Shown here one piece after another: positions 1-19,722 of a stretch of 64,000 bases of DNA. Under the pieces are notes generated by a model. It ran no database searches, was not told the DNA's origin, and saw nothing but the letters and a program-made list of their open reading frames with translations. Source of the stretch: Eledone cirrhosa (Eukaryota); assembly GCA_964016885.1 (NCBI GenBank), contig OZ024741.1, positions 9,114,001 through 9,178,000 of the forward strand, read 5' to 3'. Every line of letters begins with the position of its first letter. Positions within the stretch are counted from its first letter, which is position 1. A program made the translations under genes and the position numbers.

Positions 1-3000
1 TGCTGGGTCATTCCTATGTTTAGATATTATTCTAATTTCTATGTTGTCTATGTTACCGTCATGTTGTTGTCTAGCATGTTCGTATAGTACTGACCCGTTT
101 TTTCGTCCTTTTAGTTTCCCCCAGTGTTGGTCTATCCTTTCACCTATGCTACGAGCTGTTTCGCCTATGTATGTTGTTGTCACGTTTCTGCAAGTACCCT
201 CTGTACATCTTATGCTATAGACTACGTTTCTAGTTTTACAGTTTATCCGGGGGTTTACCTTACATATGATACATTTCCTATTGGTACAGTGGGTTTTCTT
301 AAAGGGGTAGGTTTTGCTGATCAGGAATTTTATGGTGGTTCCTGGCTTTTCTACCACCTTAATTTTTAAGTGGGTCTTTCTCAGGGCCTTTCTACACTGG
401 TTAGCTAATTTCCCTCCAGGGGTGGCGTCCACAAACATGACACTCTGATATCTCTGGTTGTCGTACCATGATGTGGCCTTCCCTATCTTATGTCTAGCCC
501 TATCTAAGCTATTCCATGATTTGCTCCTGTATAATGGGCACATTCCTTTCATGTCCAGTTCTATGAGGGTCTTATACTTTTCCATGGCTCCTTCGTATAC
601 TCTGACTCTGTCTCTTTGGTTGTAGCCAGAGAACTGCATGCGGTTGATGAAGTGTTGGATGTGTCTTTCCATTTCTGTTGGGTCGCACATGCTGGACACA
701 TTCTTCATCACTCGTACCAAATCTGCGATCAGAATATTAAACTTAGCACTACTGGACATTGCTGAGTTTTTGAGTATCAGGTATTTAGAGGCCATGGGTT
801 TAGCATAGTGTGAGTGGAGAATTTGGGCTCTCTCGTCTATAGTGTTAATCCAGAGTTCTGTGTCTAATACAGGTAGTCTATTGTTAGGGTGTTTGGAAGG
901 GAAGTCGATAGTTACAGTTATACTCTGGTGTATGGAATTAGCTATCTGCTGGATGCTTTCCTTCGTGCTACGTTCTAATTCAAACTTGTTAGTGCTCTCC
1001 AGTGGGGGTGTTCTTATAACTATATTGATATCGTCTACATAACGAGAGTACATGATGAGGTCTATGGAGCTTTCATTAAGGAGATCTTTAAGTCTCCTTT
1101 CCCACCATACCATGAAAAGGTTGGCAACATCACCAGCTATGCTGACGCCGATGGCTGCTCCCTCATTTTGGGTGTAGATTTTCTCATTGAACTTAAATAT
1201 GTGGCCCTTTAGGGTAGTTTTGATACTAGCCCCTATTGCATGTGCGACCATTTTTCTTACCTGATCATTGTTTTGGAGGGTCCGTATAGCTTTGGTCCAC
1301 CCAATCCACCTTCCCATGGGAGTCTTTTTTGCCATTGAGGTTATGGTGGGGGGTCTACCTCTTATAGGTCTACTAGGGCAGAAACATCTAAGGTCATGGC
1401 TGTCTAGGTAGTCAGTGTCGTAGGTAAGTCTAAGTAGGAGGCCCAGTTCGTCTGTGTCGACGTCGCAGAACTCCACCTCAATCTCGATGATCATCTCCAC
1501 ACATCTTTTCACAGCAAAATCAATGTTAATGGATGGGTACAGTGACACCACATCCATGCTGCCTATTATGCAGTTGGATAGGCTCCTGTTTTTGTTGCAC
1601 TCACTGATTCTGCTGAGGAGGTCCTCTGTACTTTCACATACATCTGGGGACATCTTCATTATGGGGCGCATAACCATCGAGAGGAAGTAGGAGATCCTGT
1701 AGTTGCTAGCTATATTAGCTCCGCATACGGGTCTTGTTGGTGGTCCTGTTGTCGGGTCGTCGACTGTCTTGTGGTCTTTGCGGAGCCCATACAAGGGTGG
1801 TATGCCATTGTTAGACGCCTGGAAGTTGTTGGCAGTGCGTCTGCTTGGCTTTAGGATGTCAGTCCACATCATCATGTGAGCGTTGAGGATTTTTTCTCTC
1901 CCATCGTGTGTTTGTTGTGCAACTTCGCTCGTGTTGGTGATTGGGGTTGCATAGCCTCGATGTAGTTCGGCATGCTATCTATTGACATCCTACCAGACTT
2001 ATCTGTGGGTAGACACACTACCTCACCATCCCTTGTGGGCTGCTTGAGGCTAACCAAGCCTTCTACAGGTTTCCTCCCAAGTTGTTGGGCCTCTGGTCTG
2101 CTCTGTCTCTTAGTATACCTGTCTACTACTTGTCTAATCTTATTTCTAGCTATGGTAAACTGTGCCTCTGTCTCGTCATCTATTTGCTGTGGTATACAAA
2201 CTCTTTTATTAAAGGGTAACCTCGTAGGATAGATATTACCCATCTTATATGTTTTGTCAGCTGGGTTGAAAAATAGTTTCTCTAAGGGGTTGTCATTATA
2301 TCTATCGTCATAGTTGTGTGTGTGTGTGTTGCTATTGTTGTTATCAGGGTGGTTGTTGTTGTTTCTATCATTAGCATTATTATTATTGTTATGATTGCTA
2401 GATGTATTGTTGTTTACTTCACCGTTATTGTTGTTGTTGTTACTGTTATTTCTACCATTGTGGTTGTTACTATTATTATGTTTCTTGTTTTTGTTGATGT
2501 TGCTACATGTACTATTTCCATTATTACCACTGTGGTTATTGTTGTTGTTTTCGTATTGTTACCGTTATTACTACTGTGGTCGCTGCTGCTGTGTCTGTGG
2601 TTAATGTTTCTATTATTATCATTATTGTGGTTGTTGTTATTCTGTCTATCGCTAGTATTATTACCATTATCACTATTTCTCACTTTCCTGCCATTGTTAT
2701 GGTTATGGCTGTTATTTCTATACTCAGAGTTATTGTTTATATTACTACTACCGTTATTATTGTTGTTGTTGTTTACCTTTGCATTCCAACCTATTTTGTG
2801 AAACACTTTTCCAGCTCCGTTTTGCACTCCATAGGGTTAATCTTTTTGTAGATGGCAAATTTTGGTGGTAACCGTAGGATTTGTTGTTCTTGTTCGCTGA
2901 TTAACGTGTTCCCATAGATATTTACTGTGTGGTCATTGGTAAATTCTTCCGGTAGTTTTACATCAGTCATACGGATATTGTCGATGTTATCTGGGTATTT

Positions 3001-4532
3001 TTTAGAATATTCGGTTTTACTTTCTTGTAGTTTTTTTCTTATTCATCCATTCTAATTTCTTCTTGAAATGCCTATTGCATTCGTTTTGAGCGTATTTCGT
3101 TTCACGTCTGATGACGCTCATGAAGTTATCTCTCTCGTTTGGTGTGATGAGATTTCGGATTTCCTTACCGTTAATGCGTTTCTGTTTGTAGAGTGCGTTG
3201 ACTTTTGTGTATGTTGTTCTTTTCATATTAACTGTTATTGTGTGTTTTAGTCGTTCGGCTTGTGTTTTGTTCAATAATAAATTATTTACTTGTTTTGATA
3301 TGTTTGTTGTGTATGTTTTGGAGGAAACACAGTGTTTTAAGAAGCGGATTTGTTCTGTTGTTATTGTAGTTTTTATATAACAGAAAACAGTGTCTTTCAA
3401 TAACCTTTCAGCTTGGCACAAGCTAATGCCGTAGCGGCGATGAATTAGTTTTGCGAGGTTTTTTATATGAAATCGTGTGTCGAAACAAATATTGTTATAC
3501 TTGGGGAGGGTCATATTTGTGTAATATTGCCAGAATTAATAACAGAACACACTCACTGTTTGGTTGGTTTTCGCTTCTCGCTGTCTTTTATATCTGCGAT
3601 CTAACTTAATCGGTCCTCAATGTTGCCATTGACTGACCGACGGTCAAAAATAATACAGATACGATATAGACACAAACACATATATATAGTTTACATAATT
3701 TACATAAATCTTTCGTTGCACATCTGCAACATCGTCAGTGGTGTTATATTTTTTCCTCCTGTTGTGTTGTATGTCTACGCCATCTTTTATTCAGTCTGTC
3801 TATATATTTATTTATTTATTTGCTTGTTTGTTTATTTTATTTTGTCTTCTTTGCGCATGCGTTTGCGTGTGTGTATAGTGTTACGTTTGCCGTGTGACTA
3901 GTGTATATAGTGTTGTGTCTGCTGGGTGACTAGTGTGTGTTTATGTGCTTGTTGTTATTGTGCTTGTGTATGTATTTATTTATCTTATTTTATTTTATTT
4001 TATTTACTTATTTATACTTCTCTTAGGTCAGTGTTGTTTGTTTGGGTGTTGTTGTTGTTCCACTCATTCTTTCTGTTTAGCTTTGGTCTTCTAATTTCTA
4101 TTTCACAGGCCTCTCTGATTTGCCTATCTGCTGGGTCATTCCTATGTTTAGATATTATTCTAATTTCTATGTTGTCTATGTTACCGTCATGTTGTTGTCT
4201 AGCATGTTCGTATAGTACTGACCCGTTTTTTCGTCCTTTTAGTTCCCCCCAGTGTTGGTCTATCCTTTCACCTATGCTACGAGCTGTTTCGCCTATGTAT
4301 GTTGTTGTCACGTTTCTGCAAGTACCCTCTGTACATCTTATGCTATAGACTACGTTTCTAGTTTTACAGTTTATCCGGGGGTTTACCTTACATATGATAC
4401 ATTTCCTATTGGTACAGTGGGTTTTCTTAAAGGGGTAGGTTTTGCTGATCAGGGATTTTATGGTGGTTCCTGGCTTTTCTACCACCTTTATTTTTAAGTG
4501 GGTCTTTCTCAGGGCCTTTCTACACTGGTTAG
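1..4532 (-). mobile_element. Penelope-like element 1 (RT plus C-terminal GIY-YIG) in partial-tandem arrangement; runs off the window start
   Basis: Minus-strand translation gives GSMDVVSLYPS (~1530-1563), EGAAIGVS (~1141-1164) and YSRYVDDINI (~1021-1050). GIY-YIG region is VVYSIRC...YIGETAR...EHARQQH. Positions 1-404 are repeated at 4129-4532, an upstream 5'-truncated copy forming the pseudo-LTR. The N-terminal ORF starts at 3514, with frameshifts and an Asn-rich insert at 2316-2800. Right end abuts (TA)n. Confidence 0.93.
4012..4532 (-). pseudogene. GIY-YIG endonuclease C-terminus of the upstream partial PLE1 copy
   Basis: ORF 4485-4012 has the Cys-rich linker CTNRKCIIC, then VVYSIRC, YIGETARS, R..REA.EI and KLN. 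Confidence 0.9.
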
Positions 4533-4538
4533 TATATG

Positions 4539-4605
<67 letters not shown>

Positions 4606-4609
<4 letters not shown>

Positions 4610-4990
4610 TGGCTGCCAACTCGTTTACGAGTACGGCCACTACTTTATATCCATGTAGGAGAACCCCTACCGATGCGCTGAACGAGTGTGACTTTTTAGT
4701 CCAGCCAGTGACTTGAAAACACTGGTACAAACACTACACTTGTGACAATTATTGATACATAGTGCTGGGCCCATGGTATCATGTGACGACAATTGCAGAG
4801 AGGTCTCCAGATATAAAGCAATGCCTGTGCCGTGAAGCTTTTATAGTGAGCAAAGGCACTGCACAAAGCCAGTCCCACTCTCTTAACCAAGATGATATTT
4901 ACCAAAAAGAAGAACAAGTCAACATCATTGGATACCATCAGGGTTGCAGGTGTTATATCAGAGTTTTCCTTCGCCTAGAATTCTGCCTTT
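4606..4990 (-). mobile_element. Non-coding interspersed repeat resembling an RTE 5'-UTR-derived element, truncated by the PLE2 insertion
   Basis: Near-identical to 56636-57020 and to the reverse complement of 47221-47621. Similarity stops at ~4990, where the PLE2 3' end begins. Confidence 0.75.
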
Positions 4991-7900
4991 GTCTGATTTA
5001 CTCGTTTTATTTACAATCCTTTAAAATTTATAATGGTATTAGAATGAAATAGTATGGTAGAATATTAAATGTTAAGTATTAATTGAACAAGTACTTTCAT
5101 GCTTTCGCAATCTTCAGGTTCATAATGTGTGGTGACAGTCAAGTCCGCAATTTTCAACTGTAATGAGGTGGGTAAATTTTGTGCCTAGTGAAAAGTGGCT
5201 TCAGAATGCTAAATCTTGCAAACTGTATTTCGACCAATCGGTGTGTAGTTTCACTGGATTACTAAAGCTGATTGGTTTAGGCGTCACGGTTGGTTGAGCA
5301 TGTCTAACGACTACTAATTGACCTTATCTACAGCATCAATTGTTTTGCTATTTTTAGAAATGATGAAAATAGCATTTTCTAGTAATCATCACCATCAACA
5401 GCACTTTTATTATTATTATTATTGTTGTTCTTGTTGTTAGTGGTCGTAGTCATAGTCATAGTAGGAGTAAATCCCCATTATTATTGTTCATTTAGCTTGG
5501 GTTTGAATTTATCAATAAAATTATTTTCTTTGATTTTTCTCTTGATTTCACTTGGCCTGTGTAATTTGTAGAATGGGAATATTATAAATATTCCCTGACC
5601 ACATGTTGATATATGGTTACTTAGGGGTATCTGACGGACATCTGGGTCTCTGATTTCCTGTCGGAGTACCTGTGCACGTTCCGATAGTGCATTTCCAGTT
5701 TGACCGACATATAGTTCTTCACAATTCGGGCATTTAATGCAGTAAATTAAATTTCTGCTTTTGCAGTTCATATTTGCATTTGGGAATATTTTTCCAGTTT
5801 TTGTTTTCATATATTGACCAGCGTGTATGGATTGTCATGTGCCACATCGACTATCATTGCATTTAGATACAGTGAATGATTGGTCTTTGTTGTTAAGGTC
5901 AAACTTTGCTTTTGTTAGTAATTGCTTCACATTTTTCGGCTGTCTTTTACTAAGAGTCAAATATCGATCTGTGATTGAGCCTTTTAATTCATTACTTTCA
6001 ACAATGATCGCTAGGTTCGCTTTCGCAGCATTGAAGATATTCTGGTGACATGGGTTGTGTGTCATTATAAATGGTATGACCAGTTCTTGGTTTCTTCTTC
6101 CTTGGGTTGTCCTAAGTTGTTGTATAGGTATTTTTATAGCTCGCTGTATGCCATTTTCTATAAGTAGAGATGGGTATTTTTGTTTGAGCAAAAATTCTCT
6201 TAGTTCTGTTAGGCGTTTGTACCTGGTATTTGTATCTTCTACAATGGTACAAATTCTTCTGGTTAGGCAGCATGGGATGTTGCGTTTTGTATGAGGTGGA
6301 TGGCACGACTTAAAATTCAGATATTGATGGGTGTCTGTGTGTTTATAATATATATCCGTGGTAATGGTGGTGTCGTTTTTGATTATCAATATATCTAGGA
6401 ATGGTAATTTGGTCCTACTCATCTCTTTTGTGAATTAGAGAGATGGGTGTTGTTGTTCTAAGTATCCCATTACAGAGTTCGCGTAAACGGGAGCAAACTT
6501 CGTTCCCATCGCTGTGCCTCTAATTTGGATGTAATTCTTTCCATTGAAGAAGAAAGTGTTGTTTTCCAGAATAAGTTTAACTGCGTCTAATATAAATGGC
6601 GCTGTGAATCTGATGGGAATCACTTCTCTATGTTTTTCCCCCCAGTATTTAACCGCCTTTATTCCTAAATCATATGTAATGTTGGTGTAAAGGCTTACCA
6701 CATCAAAACTAAGTAGAAGTGAATTCGTTTCCGTGGTTTTGGGAAGATGGGACAGGAAGTCGATATCATCCCGGATGAAACTGGGTATGTGAATACATAG
6801 TGGTTTCAAAATAATGTCAACAAAATTGCTTAGACGCTGGGTAGGGCATGTTGGACCAGCTATAATAGGTCTAAGTTTTAAGTCTTTTGGGTGTAGTAAT
6901 TTAATGTACTCACTGTTTTGTTCTCTTACTGCCAGTTGTATTTCTTTTGACTTGTGAACTTTCGGTAGGCCAGGTTGCTGGGTTTCGGCTCAAAATTGGT
7001 GATGTAGTCTCTTTCCTTATCAGTAAGTGAGTTGTGGTATTTTGAAGCCAGGTTGTTGATCCTCTTCATGATGTTGTGGTCTATATTTGACGGTATTTCA
7101 TGATAGAATGTTGTGTCTTTCAGTTGTTCCTCAACCAAATCCTTGTAGTATTCAGTATCTATTATAACAACTGCACCCCCTTTATCTGCTTGTTTAATTA
7201 TTATTGTTTTATCATTTTGTATACGTTTAAGTGCAGACATTTCTGATTTGTTAATGTTTGGCCTAACATTAGTATTATGTCTAAGAGGAAATTTAGACAG
7301 GATGTCAATGTATTGGTCGAGATAGATATTTCTTCCTTTTGGCGGAGTGAAATTTGATTTATTCTTTACTAGTGATTCATCACTGTCATTACTTTTTTCA
7401 GCGAAGAATTCTACAAGACGTAATTTTCGACAGAATTCTTGGGTATCCTCCTTCAGTTCTTGGTGGTTGACTGTTGGAGACGGTGTGAATTTCAGTCCTT
7501 TTGACAGAATTTGCATTTCATCATTGTCAAGATTTCTTTTGGATAAATTAATTATTTTAGGATCTACGTGTACAGTTGTTTTGGGTATGTTTCCTCCTGG
7601 AGTTTTTCTTTTTCCGGTTTTTGTTGTCCTGACGTTAAAAAATGGATTTTTCTCTGTTCAGGATTTATATTCCTGTTGGTGTTTGCTTGATGAACTTTTG
7701 GTCGTGATATTATATATGGTTTCGTTATGTATTTTGTCCTATTTTTGGTATTATGTATATTATTTTTAACAATCTGGGGAAATGACCTAGGTTTGCTTTC
7801 AGGTTTAGATCGTTTTTTCGCCCAGTTTCTTGTGGGTAATCTCTGTTGAGACCTTGAGAGTGATCCGGTTATTCTACGTTTTGTTTCCCCGTTCCTTGTG

Positions 7901-8640
7901 GGTAGTCTCTGTTGAGATCTTGAGAATGATCTCCTGGTTTTACTACTTCTCATGGTCTGGTCAAAGGAATATGTATCGTGTTTGTGCTTTTTGTTCATGT
8001 TGTGTGCGATAGGGTGTTTTTGTAGAAAAAGCGAAGAGTTATTACCGTAGTTCTTCTTTGATTCAAGGTAAGGTGAGTGTTTGTGTTGGCACGTGTTCTG
8101 GCGTATGTTGTGTTGGTGAGATTGTCCACTTTTAATGCTTTTTCTCAGGGTTCCAGAGTCTTTACCGTAATTTGCAGCATATTCGTCGAGAAATAATTGT
8201 TTCTGCACCCATACCTTTCTTGATTTGTTTTCTTCTTTTGAGATATCTCTGATCCATAGTTCTCGTAGTTTTTCAGCTATAATACCAGTCGTTAGCTTTG
8301 AAATTTCAACTTCAATTTGGTCATCGATAGCTTCATATTTAGCTTTGTAGCGGGATTGTTTACATTGAGAAATGGAGATGTCGGTCCTGAATTTTGTCAA
8401 TGTAAGTTCCCATCGGAGTTTTGTTTCTTCTTCTGATTCTCCTGCAATTTCTGTAATTAGGTATTTACGAGGGAGTATGGGTGCCGTTAGAGAGAGCCAT
8501 TTTGAATGTGTTTCGACATATTTTTCGCATTTGTATGCTTTCCAGAAGTTTTGTTTTCTTATGTTAAGAAATTTTTTCCATGTCTTCCACATTTCTTTTC
8601 TTATTCGATGTGTTTTGTTTTCCAAATTTTCAAAATATAT
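4991..8640 (-). mobile_element. Penelope-like element 2 (Neptune-like), decayed
   Basis: ORF pieces 8625-7564, 7516-6926 (LSKGLKFTP, IKQADKGGAVV), 6809-6435 (FDVVSLYTNI, GTAMGTKFAP), 6422-5835 (LPFLD, YKHTD, KCNDSRCGT) and 5810-5481 (LIYCIKC..C..YVGQTG). The YxDD catalytic segment is deleted near 6440. Confidence 0.93.
5084..5122 (-). ncRNA. Minimal type I hammerhead ribozyme in the PLE2 3' pseudo-LTR
   Basis: Reverse complement reads tgaac CTGAAGA ttgc gaaa gcat GAAA gtac TT gttca: 5-bp stem I, stem II tgc/gca with a GAAA loop, and a palindromic gtac loop 3. Confidence 0.88.
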
Positions 8641-8692
8641 TGTATATACAATGATATTAAATAAATGGAAACTATATTTATAAAACCATATT

Positions 8693-8757
8693 TATTTTAT
8701 TATATATATTTCAAGGGCAACCAAGACAACATTGGTACGCTTTCATCAGATAAAATA
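8693..8757 (-). ncRNA. Type I hammerhead ribozyme in the inverted pseudo-LTR of PLE4
   Basis: Reverse complement reads tattttat CTGATGA aagcgtaccaatgttgtcttggttgccctt GAAA tatata TA ataaaata. Confidence 0.85.
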
Positions 8758-11355
8758 CAAAGTTTGTTTTATAAGTAGAGACATACCCATGAAAATCATA
8801 CCTTATCGGTTGGAAATTCACTGGAAATAACTCATAAATTAGGCATCGAAAATAAGACCGAACCCATTATACCTAGAAGACCAAAAATTAACCTGAAAGA
8901 CCACAAAAGATACTTTGAAATAGAACTACCAGTCAGACTTATAGCACCATCTAAATCAGACTTAGGCATAGTTAGTAAACATATATTAGATAGAATCATA
9001 CCGCAACTTAAAGAAATATCTCACCTAAAACTATGGAACGGTACTAACGAGGTTATAGATTGGTTCAATAACATAAAATTTAAATATATAAAAAAAATCA
9101 TTCAAATGGATATTGCAAACTACTACTCCTCTATTACTCCTAGTTTATTTAGAAAAATAATTTTGATATCACCATGGGATCATCTGACTCGGCGCAAATA
9201 ACGGATCATGTGGGGCTATTTATTAATAATACACTGCATAGAAAAATACCAGAGATGACCGGTGGTTTATATCATGATGATATGCTGCTTTTAACTGAAA
9301 ATCATAGTAATTGTGAAATTAATAGAAAAAGAAAATCCATAATACAATTCTTCAATAGCTACAACCTTAAGTTAGAAATAGAGAATAACTATAGAGAATA
9401 AATAGAGAATAACTATAAAATTTTTTGACGATAAGGCAGAATATTATAATGAAGCTTTAAATAGAGCAAGCTATATACATAAGATTAAATTCATCGACAA
9501 CAGTGATAAGGCAAATAACCCTACTATTAATTATAATTACAATAAAAAATCTAACTTAAACTCTAAAACTAACAGAAGAAATAGAACTAGAAATATTATT
9601 TGGTACTCACCCCCATTTTCATTAAGCGTTAAAACACCTTTAGCAAAGCTATTCTTTAAAGCACTAGATAAATGTTTTCCCAAAGCCCACATATACCACT
9701 CAATCTTTAACAGACATACTATAAAACTATCCTACTCTACTACTATGAACATAGCACATAATATAAATAGAATCAATAATAGAAATTTAAACCATAACCA
9801 AAATAGTAGTAATATCTCTAGCAATATCCAACATAATAGTACCGTTCTGAATAACAACAACTCCGCAAAATGTAACTGTAGAATTAAATTAAATTGTCCT
9901 TTACAATATAAGTGTTTAGATAAGGACGTGGTCTATAAATGTACAGTCAAAACCAGTGATAATATATTTAACTATGTCGGTGCAACTTCTACACAATTTA
10001 AAAGTCACTGGAATGTAACAAATGCTCTTTCCAAAGATTTGATAAAAAAAATCATCAACTTCTCTTTCAAACCTGATATGGAACTTAAAATACAAGAATA
10101 TGGACTATTCTTTAACTTGGGAAATAGTTTCGAAAGCACCCGCCTACCGAAACACAGCTTTATCTAGATTTTGCAGATTGTGTGTTGAGGAAATTTTTTT
10201 CATACTTAAATGTAAGAACTCTATTAATGTAAGGACGAATTTATTTAGTTCTTGTAGACATCGCCTGAATTCAACATTTAGAACTATATGTAAATTATAA
10301 TTACACTTATAATATTTCTACTTATTTCCATAACAATCTCATCCACTTAGTTTTAATATATTGATATCTCTAAATCATATCTATAACATTTGCTATAATT
10401 TCACTTCTTAAAGTTTCTTAAAATATATACATATATAATTCTAATTTTTTAAATTTTAATTTAAATTTAAATTTTAACTTTAATTGTAATTTTAATCTTA
10501 ATAATTTTTAATTCTTTATTTTTTATTTCTTTAAGTTTTTATCTATTTTAAAAAATTACTTATTTTTTAAAAAGTTACTTATCTCTTATAAATTATTATT
10601 TTTTTTTTAATTTTCCCGAATTTTTAATATTTTTTCAATATCTTTTATTAGATTTATAAACACTAACTAATTCTGGCTAAATATATCTTTAACATTTATA
10701 CTTATTTTGACAAAATAGTCTCATACTAACGAATAAATAAACAAAACTGGAGTTTTTTCCGTATCTTCCCATTTTAAAATATATAAATATAAATATTCTT
10801 ATTAACTCAGTTAACTTAATTTAATTTAACTTAATATTTACTTAGATTAAATACAAAACCAATATCCCTCATAACTCATTAAAACAATTATCTATAACAC
10901 GATATACCCATCTATTTATTTATTTATTTATCTATTTAGCCATTTATCCATTTATTTATTTATTTATTTATTTATTTAGTTATTTTTGAAATCTATTCTT
11001 CTATCTATTTATTTTCTATATAATTATAACAGTAATTATTATATTAGAAAAGAATTTTAACAACTAATTAATCGTAAATATACGTACCATTGAATATATT
11101 TTCCCCAAATTAGGTTATATGAGTTTTATTCATACTCTTGTTAATTTCTTTTCTCTATCTCTCTCGTAATATTTTTCTCTGTCTCTTTCTCCAGTGTCAT
11201 TTAAATAAACGATTGTTTTTCAATTATTTACATATTCATTTGCATATTCACACATAAGTTTGAATAATCCCTAATATATTTCCACTATCCAGTGAATTTC
11301 CAACCGATAAGGTATGATTTTCATGGATATGTCTCTATTTATAGAACAAACTTTG

Positions 11356-11420
11356 TATTTTATCTGATGAAAGTGTACCAATGTTGTCTTGGTTGCCCTT
11401 GAAATATATATAATAAAATA
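11356..11420 (+). ncRNA. Type I hammerhead ribozyme in the PLE4 3' pseudo-LTR
   Basis: tattttat CTGATGA aagtgtaccaa-tgttgtc-ttggttgccctt GAAA tatata TA ataaaata: perfect 8-bp stem I and an AUA cleavage triplet. Confidence 0.87.
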
Positions 11421-11580
11421 AATATGGTTTTATAAATATAGTTTCCATTTATTTAATATCATTGAATATTTACCCCAATTAACTGTTGAGTGCTCTAAAT
11501 CAGTTATAAACATTTATATTTGTCGGACTTCCAACAAATTAAATACCACTTCTTTGCTGAAACTTTAATCTGTTATTTTA

Positions 11581-11638
<58 letters not shown>

Positions 11639-11890
11639 ATGCGTGTATATGTGTGTATATATATATATTTAGAGAGAGAGACAGGGAGTGAGAGAGAGAG
11701 GGAGAGAGAGAGAGAAGGGATGGGGGAGTCTGCGCTGCTGAGACCTAGGAGACCACTAATCCTTGGAGTACTCGATGCATGAGAAGTGCAGAGTGGGTGT
11801 AGAGATATGTAAAATCCCTACCGCGCCGAAAAGGCCGAGTTCATACATCTCTCTCTCTTGCTCTCTCCCTCCCCCCTCTCCCCCCCTCTC

Positions 11891-17303
<5,413 letters not shown>

Positions 17304-17308
17304 ATTTA

Positions 17309-17346
<38 letters not shown>

Positions 17347-17383
17347 GAGGTTATATTTAATTTGTTGAGATTCAACAAGCTTA

Positions 17384-17466
<83 letters not shown>

Positions 17467-17779
17467 AAAGACCAAGGTATCCAATATAAATTGGATCGGT
17501 CAATTTTGAACCAATCTAAAGAATATGCAAGAGGAACAAGAAAATGCACACTCTGCATAAATGAAAAATATTGGATTTTACAAAACCTTAAATCACCAAA
17601 AACCTGCCTAAATACAAAGACAGAAATGTTCACCAGTTGCCCACACATGAAATCACAATTGCTTTCCAGCTCATATAAACTTAACTCACTTTCAGATACT
17701 TATCCTCCATAAGCTCTTATTCTTCACTTAAATTATTCTCTTTAAAGACTACTCTTTCTGATTTACTTTCAATTTTAAC

Positions 17780-18105
17780 CTTATTTTTATTTTTATTTTT
17801 ATTTTTATTATTTTTTTTTATTTTTTTTTTATTTTTATTTTATTATTTTTTATTTTTATTTATTTTTTTTTTTTTTATTATTATTTTTTTTTTATTTTTT
17901 TTTTTATTTTTTTTTTTTTTACTTTTATTTGTTTATTTTTATTTTTATTTTTTTTTATTTTTATTTTTTTCTTTTTTATTTTTATTTTTATTTTTATTTT
18001 TATTTTTATTTTTATTTTTATTTTTATTTTTATTTTTATTTTTATTTTTATTTTTATTTTTATTTTTATTTTTATTTTTATTTTTATTTTTATTTTTATT
18101 TTTAC
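17780..18105. repeat. (TTTTTA)n and T-rich simple repeat
   Basis: Seen directly in the sequence. Confidence 0.95.
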
Positions 18106-18840
18106 TTCACATCCACCAGTAACCCCCCCCTTTATTCTTTGATTCACTTACCTAATATCTTCACTTTCCACATTTTATTTCCCTATTTTCTTTACTACCT
18201 GATTAGACAAGTCACTTGCGTTTTCCACTCCAGATATTTTCTATTTCGTAGCCAATTTTATATTTTTATATTTGTACTTATTTATTCATAAGGCTGCTTT
18301 ACACCCTGTATCTATGTGTCTGAGCGTCTTTATGTGTGTATACGTTCTGTATATGTACACGAACGCCTCCGTATGCGCGCGTGCGTGCGTGTATATATAT
18401 GTGTATGTATGTGTGTTTTTATATCTGTGTTTTTACATCTATGTTTTTTACATTCTTATTTTTATGTGTGTGCGAGTAAGCGGGTCAATGTACGTGAATA
18501 TGTTTGTGTGTATGTGTATATGTATATTGTATGTATGGGTGTGTATGTGTGCGTGTATATATATATATACAGTCGCGTACGTACGTGTGATTAGATAAAC
18601 ATGGGGCGATATGTATGTATATGTATTCGTGCATCCTGTGTATGTATGTACGCATGTATACGCTTTTGTCTGTACGTATTGCGTGTATATATATATATAT
18701 ATTTTTGTTTTATAGATATATGTTTTTATAGATATATGTGTATGTACGCGTGTATCTTCTCTTTTCTTATCTTTTCTCTAGTGTTAATTGACTACTTTCT
18801 CTTTCATTTAAAAAATTTTTCTTTCTCATATATTTGTGTC

Positions 18841-19020
18841 TACTTTAGGCACAAGGCCAGCAATTACCCAGTTCATTACTGGTACTTTATTTTATCGACC
18901 CTGTAAGGATGAAAGGCAAAGTCAACCTCGGCGGGATTTGAACTCAGATCGTAAAGGGACGTAACTATACTGGAAAGCATGGCGTCCGACCCTCTACCGA
19001 TACTGCCAATCCACCGCCTT
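18841..19020 (-). mobile_element. tRNA-derived SINE, family A
   Basis: Reverse complement has the A-box-like TGGCAGTATCGG, the B-box GAGTTCAAATCC and the family body ending ggccttgtgc. Confidence 0.9.
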
Positions 19021-19404
19021 TTCTTTCTCATATATTGATACATTTTTATACATATAACGAGAATGACACTTTCTTTTAACTATTACACTCCCTTCCCCCT
19101 TTATCTTCCGCATATAAGTGATCGCGCGTGTGTGTGTGTTTATACGCGTGCTTTCATACTCATATGTGTATCTAATACCTGCTTCTGGATTCGTGTCAAC
19201 TAGATTATATCCGTATTTGTGGTTACATATACTCAAATATACTTGCCCTCATATATGTACTTACGCACACATTTTCACCATATACACGCATTTGTACATA
19301 TATACATATGTATATTTGTGAGTGTATATACATACATATACACACACCTAACTATATTTCCTTATATTTTTTATATATGTTATATGTCTATTGCATTAAC
19401 TTTA

Positions 19405-19436
<32 letters not shown>

Positions 19437-19651
19437 CATTTCTTGAGGAGACTTTCCAAATATTTCACTATGTTTTATATTGCCTTGTCCGACAAACGAA
19501 TGAGGACGTTTCTTTCGTATTCGTCTTATTCGGGAAACCTCTGGTAATGAGGTAATTATATTGTAATGTTTATTATACATTAAATTTTGCTCTGGTACTT
19601 ACATAGAGCACTCTTCACTCCTATGACTTTTTCAATTTTCAACGGAAACTT

Positions 19652-19722
<71 letters not shown>

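Larger units (their letters stand above)
8649..11585 (+). mobile_element. Penelope-like element 4 (Hydra-clade-like), 5'-truncated, with an inverted 5' pseudo-LTR
   Basis: Plus-strand motifs LKDHK, RLIAPSKSDLG, MDIANYYSSI, FDITMGSSDSAQ, GLYHDDML, KCNCRIKLNCPL, VVYKC...YVG and CRLCVEE...SSCRHR. Positions 8649-8825 are the reverse complement of 11288-11464. Ends in (TA)n. Confidence 0.88.
17464..19655 (+). mobile_element. 3' fragment of another Hydra-like PLE (endonuclease C-terminus, long low-complexity UTR, degenerate hammerhead)
   Basis: [13 protein letters not shown]...[13 protein letters not shown] at 17464-17712. Hammerhead-like fold at 19480-19555. (TA)n at both ends. Confidence 0.7.

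Noticed and set aside
4696-5052. Recurrent 79-96 aa ORFs, also at 47227 and 56726
   Set aside because: They recur because the underlying repeat is multi-copy; there is no recognisable domain.
5835-5837. In-frame TGA at a conserved Cys of the PLE2 CxxC linker, possibly selenocysteine as in some Naiad PLEs
   Set aside because: The element has other stops, frameshifts and a deletion of the catalytic motif, and I recognised no SECIS. A similar Cys-to-TGA change occurs in the dead hAT. Simple decay is more likely.
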